Shown: in pieces, positions 61,440 to 64,000 of the stretch
Position numbering within the stretch: the first letter of the stretch is position 1
How the letters are laid out: every line of letters starts with the position of its first letter
DNA from: Acidimicrobiales bacterium
Lineage (GTDB): Bacteria; Actinomycetota; Acidimicrobiia; Acidimicrobiales; Palsa-688
NCBI GenBank assembly: GCA_036378675.1
Contig: DASUWA010000010.1
Location: 14,661 to 78,660, forward strand
Direction of reading: 5' to 3'
Length of the DNA: 64,000 bases
Notes under the pieces: model-generated
The model's input: only the letters and a program-made list of their open reading frames with translations
What the model was told of the DNA's origin: nothing
The model's database searches: none
Position numbers and translations under genes: made by a program

Positions 61440-62588
61440 TCAGCAGCCGGTTGGTGCTATGACCACCTGGCCGGCGCTGTTGCTGAACGGTGACGGTGGC
61501 GCCGCCGGCGCGAAGCCACCGCCGGCCGCCACGCCGCAAGTTCCGACATATGCGGAAGGCAGCGGGTAGAGCTGGGACGGGCCGGCGGGCGAACCCTCGG
61601 GATCGGGGTCCTCGTAGAACTGGAACCCGGGCTCGGCGTAGACGTTGTGCGCCTCCTGCTGGCGCCACTGATCCATCGTCTGGCTGCCGCAACCCTGCGC
61701 GCCTTTCGACTCCGACGGGATGTCGCCGCTGCTGCAGTTGTAGGGGTCCCATTTCTTGCCCTGATAGTTGTAGACGTCGCGACTCGGGGTTGAGTTCTTG
61801 TCGCACTGGACGTGCTGGTTGGCGTCGCAGCCCTGGTAGAGCAGCTGCTGCTGGGTGGTTGCGTCCTGGCAGATCCCGTCGGCGCAGAACCCTTCGTAGG
61901 CGCCGGCGAAGGGCACCGGGTTCGACGCGGTCGGAGTCTGACCGATGAAGGCAGGCAGGAAGAAGAATCCGACGCCTCCCCCGTCGGACGGTCCGTTGAC
62001 CGACCCGATCGTGCCGTCGCTGGCGTTCCCGGTGACCCCGTCGTGCTCCCCCGCGTCGGTGTTGTCGTCCTGGCCGTAGTAGAAGCGGAAGCCGCCCGTC
62101 AACAGAGCCATCAAACTCTGGGCGGTCGGTGCCCCCGTCTCAGGGGTAACCGAGTTGCGGTTCGTGTTCTGGATGTCGAACACGGCGGTCGCCCCGGCTC
62201 CGGTTCCGGTCCCGCAACCGGTGTTCGTGCCGCCGCCGGTCCCGTTGGTGTTGACCGCGAGGCAGCCCGAGTGGATCGAGTTCGGCTGGCCCGGGTAGCC
62301 AAGCGATATCGGGGTGGGCGTGCCGGAGTAGCCGTTGGGCAGCTGGTCGAGGCCGAACTCGGCGTAGCGGGTCTTGCCGTCGCCGCTCTCGACGTTGATC
62401 GCCACGTTGTGACAACCCGCCTGGGTCACGCCCTTCGGGGCGTTGTTCGCGTCGACGCCCGGGGAGCAGTCCTGCTGACCGGGGTTGTAGCCGCCGGCGC
62501 TCACCGCCCACGCAGCTCCGGCGACGCCGATGCTGCCGGCGGCAAGGGCGAGAACCATCACCGCCGCAGGTGCTTTGAATCCGCGCAT
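61440..62588 (-). CDS. Secreted Cys-containing protein, function unknown
   Basis: Trimmed from ORF 61440-63701 to the ATG at 62588, with GGGGAGG 9 nt upstream. Signal peptide MRGFKAPAAVMVLALAAGSIGVAGAAWA. The mature part has scattered Cys, Gly/Thr-rich loops and ends in a C-terminal Cys. Confidence 0.55.
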   Translation of the reverse strand: MRGFKAPAAVMVLALAAGSIGVAGAAWAVSAGGYNPGQQDCSPGVDANNAPKGVTQAGCHNVAINVESGDGKTRYAEFGLDQLPNGYSGTPTPISLGYPGQPNSIHSGCLAVNTNGTGGGTNTGCGTGTGAGATAVFDIQNTNRNSVTPETGAPTAQSLMALLTGGFRFYYGQDDNTDAGEHDGVTGNASDGTIGSVNGPSDGGGVGFFFLPAFIGQTPTASNPVPFAGAYEGFCADGICQDATTQQQLLYQGCDANQHVQCDKNSTPSRDVYNYQGKKWDPYNCSSGDIPSESKGAQGCGSQTMDQWRQQEAHNVYAEPGFQFYEDPDPEGSPAGPSQLYPLPSAYVGTCGVAAGGGFAPAAPPSPFSNSAGQVVIAPTGC

Positions 62589-62695
62589 TTCGTCGAACCT
62601 CCCCAGCGGTCTCTTGACCATTTGCGACATATATTGAAGCATCTGTCTCAGATTGGACAAAAGGCGCAATCCGCACCCGCCCATCCGATGCCGAC

Positions 62696-64000
62696 TCAGG
62701 CCGAAAAGGCCCATACTCCGCCCAGGTCGCCCAGGGGGTTGAGCGTCTGGTTCAGCGGGGTCTGCTTGCACAGTTGGGTCAGCGCAGCGGGGGTCTGAGC
62801 GCAGGCCTTGAACTCGACGTCGCTCTCCGAGGTGCCCGCCCCGATGACCACGGTGGCTCCGGCGATCGCGGCGCCCGACGAGACCGGCGCCCCGAGCGGG
62901 AACGCCCACAGAACACGGCCGGTGGCCGCGTCGAGTGCCCTGAAGAATCCGTCGATCGAACCGGTGTACACCACCCCGTTCGCGATGCTCGTCGCCGCAT
63001 AGGTGTACGGCTGCAAACCTGACCAGGCATGCGAGCCTGAAGAGCCCGAGAAGGCCTGGAGCCCGGGGATCCCTTGGATGATCGTCGAGGGGTCCTGCAA
63101 CGTCGGGTTGCCCGAGGCGTCGTAGGTGACCGGCGTGTTGATCGCGACACCCCCGAAGACCGTCGGCTTGCCGGCTACATTCCCGACCGCGGGCGTTCCG
63201 ATGAACCCTCCGATGGCGAGCCCCTGCTGGACGTTGCCGTTGCCGGTTTCCGGTGCCCGCCAGATCAACGATCCGGACTGGCGGTCGAGCACGACGTACA
63301 GCCCGTCCTTGCCGGCCTCGCCCACCACCGTTTGCCCGGTCGGCAGCGTGAACAGCTGAGCCGACGCCCCGTAGTCGTCGTCGTCCTGGCTGTTCTTCGG
63401 GTGGCCCTGGTAGCTCCAGACCGGCAAGCCGGTCACCGCTGAGAGGGCCGTGATGCTCTCGGCGTATTTCTGCCATCGGTTGGCGTACTGGTACTGCCCG
63501 CCTTTCGGGCAGTACGCGTCGGAGCCGTCGGAAGGGCATGGAGTGCCCGAGTTGTCCGGGCAGTCGGCGGAGCCGAAGTACAGGACGGCCCTTTGGGAAG
63601 GATCGTGATTGGAGGGGTCGAGCCCGAGCGCCGGGGAGGACCACACGTTGCCGCAGCCGTATAGCGGGTGCTGCGTGTAGGTCTCGGGATTGAAATGCCA
63701 CAGCTGCGACCCGGTCCGGGCGTCGACCGCCCAGATCCCTTCGCCCACGTAGCCGCTGTCCTGGTTGGCGTCCGACCCCACGAAGACCTGCGGGCCTCCC
63801 GGCGCGTCCGTCCAGACGACCGGCGACGACTCGACTTCGCCGTGACTCGTCGGGTGACCCGGGTCGAAGTCAACCCTCCAGAGCACCCTTTGCGCATCGG
63901 GAATCGAGGCCCTTGCTCCGTTAAGCGCGTATAGCGACCCTCCTGCTCCGACGAACACGACAGGTTTCCCGCCGATCTCCGCTACTGCCGCAGTCGACGT
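62696..64000 (-). CDS. PQQ-like/BamB-like beta-propeller repeat protein (5' end outside the window)
   Basis: The frame is open to the window end. Repeated blades of the type G.(I/L)(Y/W)A(L/V)(D/N)..TG..LW (GSLYALNG, GIWAVDARTGSQLWHF, LIWRAPE, GRVLWAFPLG). Confidence 0.65.
   Translation of the reverse strand, partial: TSTAAVAEIGGKPVVFVGAGGSLYALNGARASIPDAQRVLWRVDFDPGHPTSHGEVESSPVVWTDAPGGPQVFVGSDANQDSGYVGEGIWAVDARTGSQLWHFNPETYTQHPLYGCGNVWSSPALGLDPSNHDPSQRAVLYFGSADCPDNSGTPCPSDGSDAYCPKGGQYQYANRWQKYAESITALSAVTGLPVWSYQGHPKNSQDDDDYGASAQLFTLPTGQTVVGEAGKDGLYVVLDRQSGSLIWRAPETGNGNVQQGLAIGGFIGTPAVGNVAGKPTVFGGVAINTPVTYDASGNPTLQDPSTIIQGIPGLQAFSGSSGSHAWSGLQPYTYAATSIANGVVYTGSIDGFFRALDAATGRVLWAFPLGAPVSSGAAIAGATVVIGAGTSESDVEFKACAQTPAALTQLCKQTPLNQTLNPLGDLGGVWAFSA

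Noticed and set aside
1-64000. A window-wide look for defence systems, toxin-antitoxin pairs, CRISPR-cas, restriction-modification, prophage blocks or transposons.
   Set aside because: I recognised no nuclease, helicase or methyltransferase combinations, cas genes, repeat-spacer arrays, transposase or terminal inverted repeats. The only mobility-related signal is the tRNA-Ala direct repeat.

Overview
High-GC (roughly two-thirds G+C by eye), densely coding window that looks like an Actinomycetota chromosome: frequent GTG/TTG starts, GGAGG-type ribosome-binding sites and many 4-nt stop/start overlaps. I support about 65 CDS, one intact tRNA-Ala(TGC), one tRNA-Ala 3' fragment, two or three gene remnants and a few short tandem duplications. 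I saw no rRNA, CRISPR array, transposase, integrase or recognisable defence genes.

Layout:
- 1-8.3 kb: mixed regulatory and housekeeping genes (RCK K+ channel-like protein, dienelactone hydrolase, YciI plus ECF sigma factor, two cNMP-binding proteins, an alpha/beta hydrolase).
- 8.5-17.6 kb: envelope and secreted proteins (Kelch/propeller protein, a lipoprotein with an ABC-2 exporter, two paralogous phosphoesterases).
- 17.86-21.27 kb: a small islet bounded by a 48-nt direct repeat of the tRNA-Ala 3' half. It is full of frameshifted or truncated genes and also carries pspA.
- 23.1-37.5 kb: one approximately 14-kb minus-strand operon. It joins a cellulose-synthase-like exopolysaccharide locus (GH8, GT2, GT4, pyruvyl-transferase-like, flippase::GT-C fusion, BcsA/CslA-like GT2) to an orphan mau-like redox module. 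That module has a MauD-like thioredoxin, an unknown protein, MauE, a Tat-exported 26-Cys MauA-like domain fused to a 5-blade propeller, and a CcdA-like membrane protein.
- 37.6-61.4 kb: a plus-strand catabolic island (amidohydrolases, Liv-type ABC importer, TetR x2, ACAD pair, P450 plus ferredoxin, hydratase, CoA ligase, DUF35 plus thiolase-fold pair, ALDH, CoA-transferase).
- 61.4-64 kb: a secreted Cys-containing protein and a partial PQQ-like propeller.

The best candidate for an undescribed system is the mau-like module and its fusion protein embedded in the polysaccharide operon. All family assignments rest on motif recognition by eye. None has been confirmed by a database search.
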